A DNA stretch of 63,913 nt, the filler included, from Octopus bimaculoides (lineage: Eukaryota), in NCBI RefSeq assembly GCF_001194135.2. It is 6 parts of 5 records of this genome, joined end to end, with 100 filler letters (N's around TTAATTAATTAA, not from the genome) between each part and the next. Parts side by side here need not be neighbours in the genome. Positions count along the whole stretch, not along the records: positions 62,550 to 63,913 come from NC_069001.1; 5 more parts are not named here. One strand, given 5' to 3'. A program made the position numbers and the translations under genes. The notes under the pieces were generated by a model. The model did not search any database. It was not told the origin of the DNA and saw only the letters and a list, made by a program, of their open reading frames with translations. Numbering within the stretch: position 1 is the stretch's first letter; every line of letters starts with the position of its first letter. Below are positions 63,505-63,913 of this stretch, in pieces.

Positions 63505-63824
63505 AAAACCCCCTTCGGTCATGAATGACCATGGGATTACACCTAGAAAGTTCCCTTCCGAGGCACAAGTCTGGGCAAGGTTGTTTATGGAAGACCAGCA
63601 GTCGCGCATGCATACCAGCCTCCCTTCTCCTGCCATCAACATTATCTAAGGGAAAGGCAAAGGGGCCGATACAGCTTGGCACCAGTGACGTCGCAATTCA
63701 TTTCTACAGCTGAGTGAACTGGTGCAACGTGAGATGAAGGGTTTTGCTCAAGAACACAACACACTGCCCAGTCTGGGAATCGAACTCAGAACTTCACGAT
63801 TGTAAGCTCGACGTTCTAACCACT
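63505..63824 (-). mobile_element. SINE family G (tRNA head plus CORE-like domain), near full length
   Basis: AGTGGTTAGAACGTCG..GAGTTCGATTCCCAG..GTTCTTGAGCAAAAC..CACTCAGCTGTAGAAATGA. Confidence 0.8.
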
Positions 63825-63913
63825 CTTATATTAAACCACCACCACTACCACATCATCATCATCACAATATTTGGTTCCAAGCCTGATGCAAAATAATGAA
63901 ATTAGTGTTATTA

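Overview
Eukaryotic, AT-rich, repeat-saturated draft-assembly DNA. The SINE, LINE and microsatellite landscape looks like an octopus genome; this is inferred from remembered repeat families, not from a search. I find no intact host protein-coding gene, rRNA, true tRNA or CRISPR array. The window is a mosaic of decayed retroelements (RTE with a PHD finger inside the RT, BovB-like RTE, L1/Tx1, CR1-like, R4/Dong, HERO-like, Naiad-type Penelope-like element), Tc1/mariner, pogo, hAT, piggyBac and Helitron-like remnants, several tRNA-derived SINE families and microsatellites. Five artificial 100-nt joins (44 N + TTAATTAATTAA + 44 N) mean neighbouring segments may not be truly adjacent. The most interesting signal is a set of short non-autonomous repeats carrying minimal type I hammerhead-ribozyme motifs of the Penelope type (CUGANGA, short stem II, GAAACGU palindromic stem III). 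One family couples the hammerhead to a Pol III tRNA-derived head, and one has a non-canonical CUGUUGA core. Other notable items are the RT-internal PHD finger, a ~446-bp foldback element, a templated insertion in a LINE, and SINEs inserting into their own heads. Boundaries of degraded elements are approximate.
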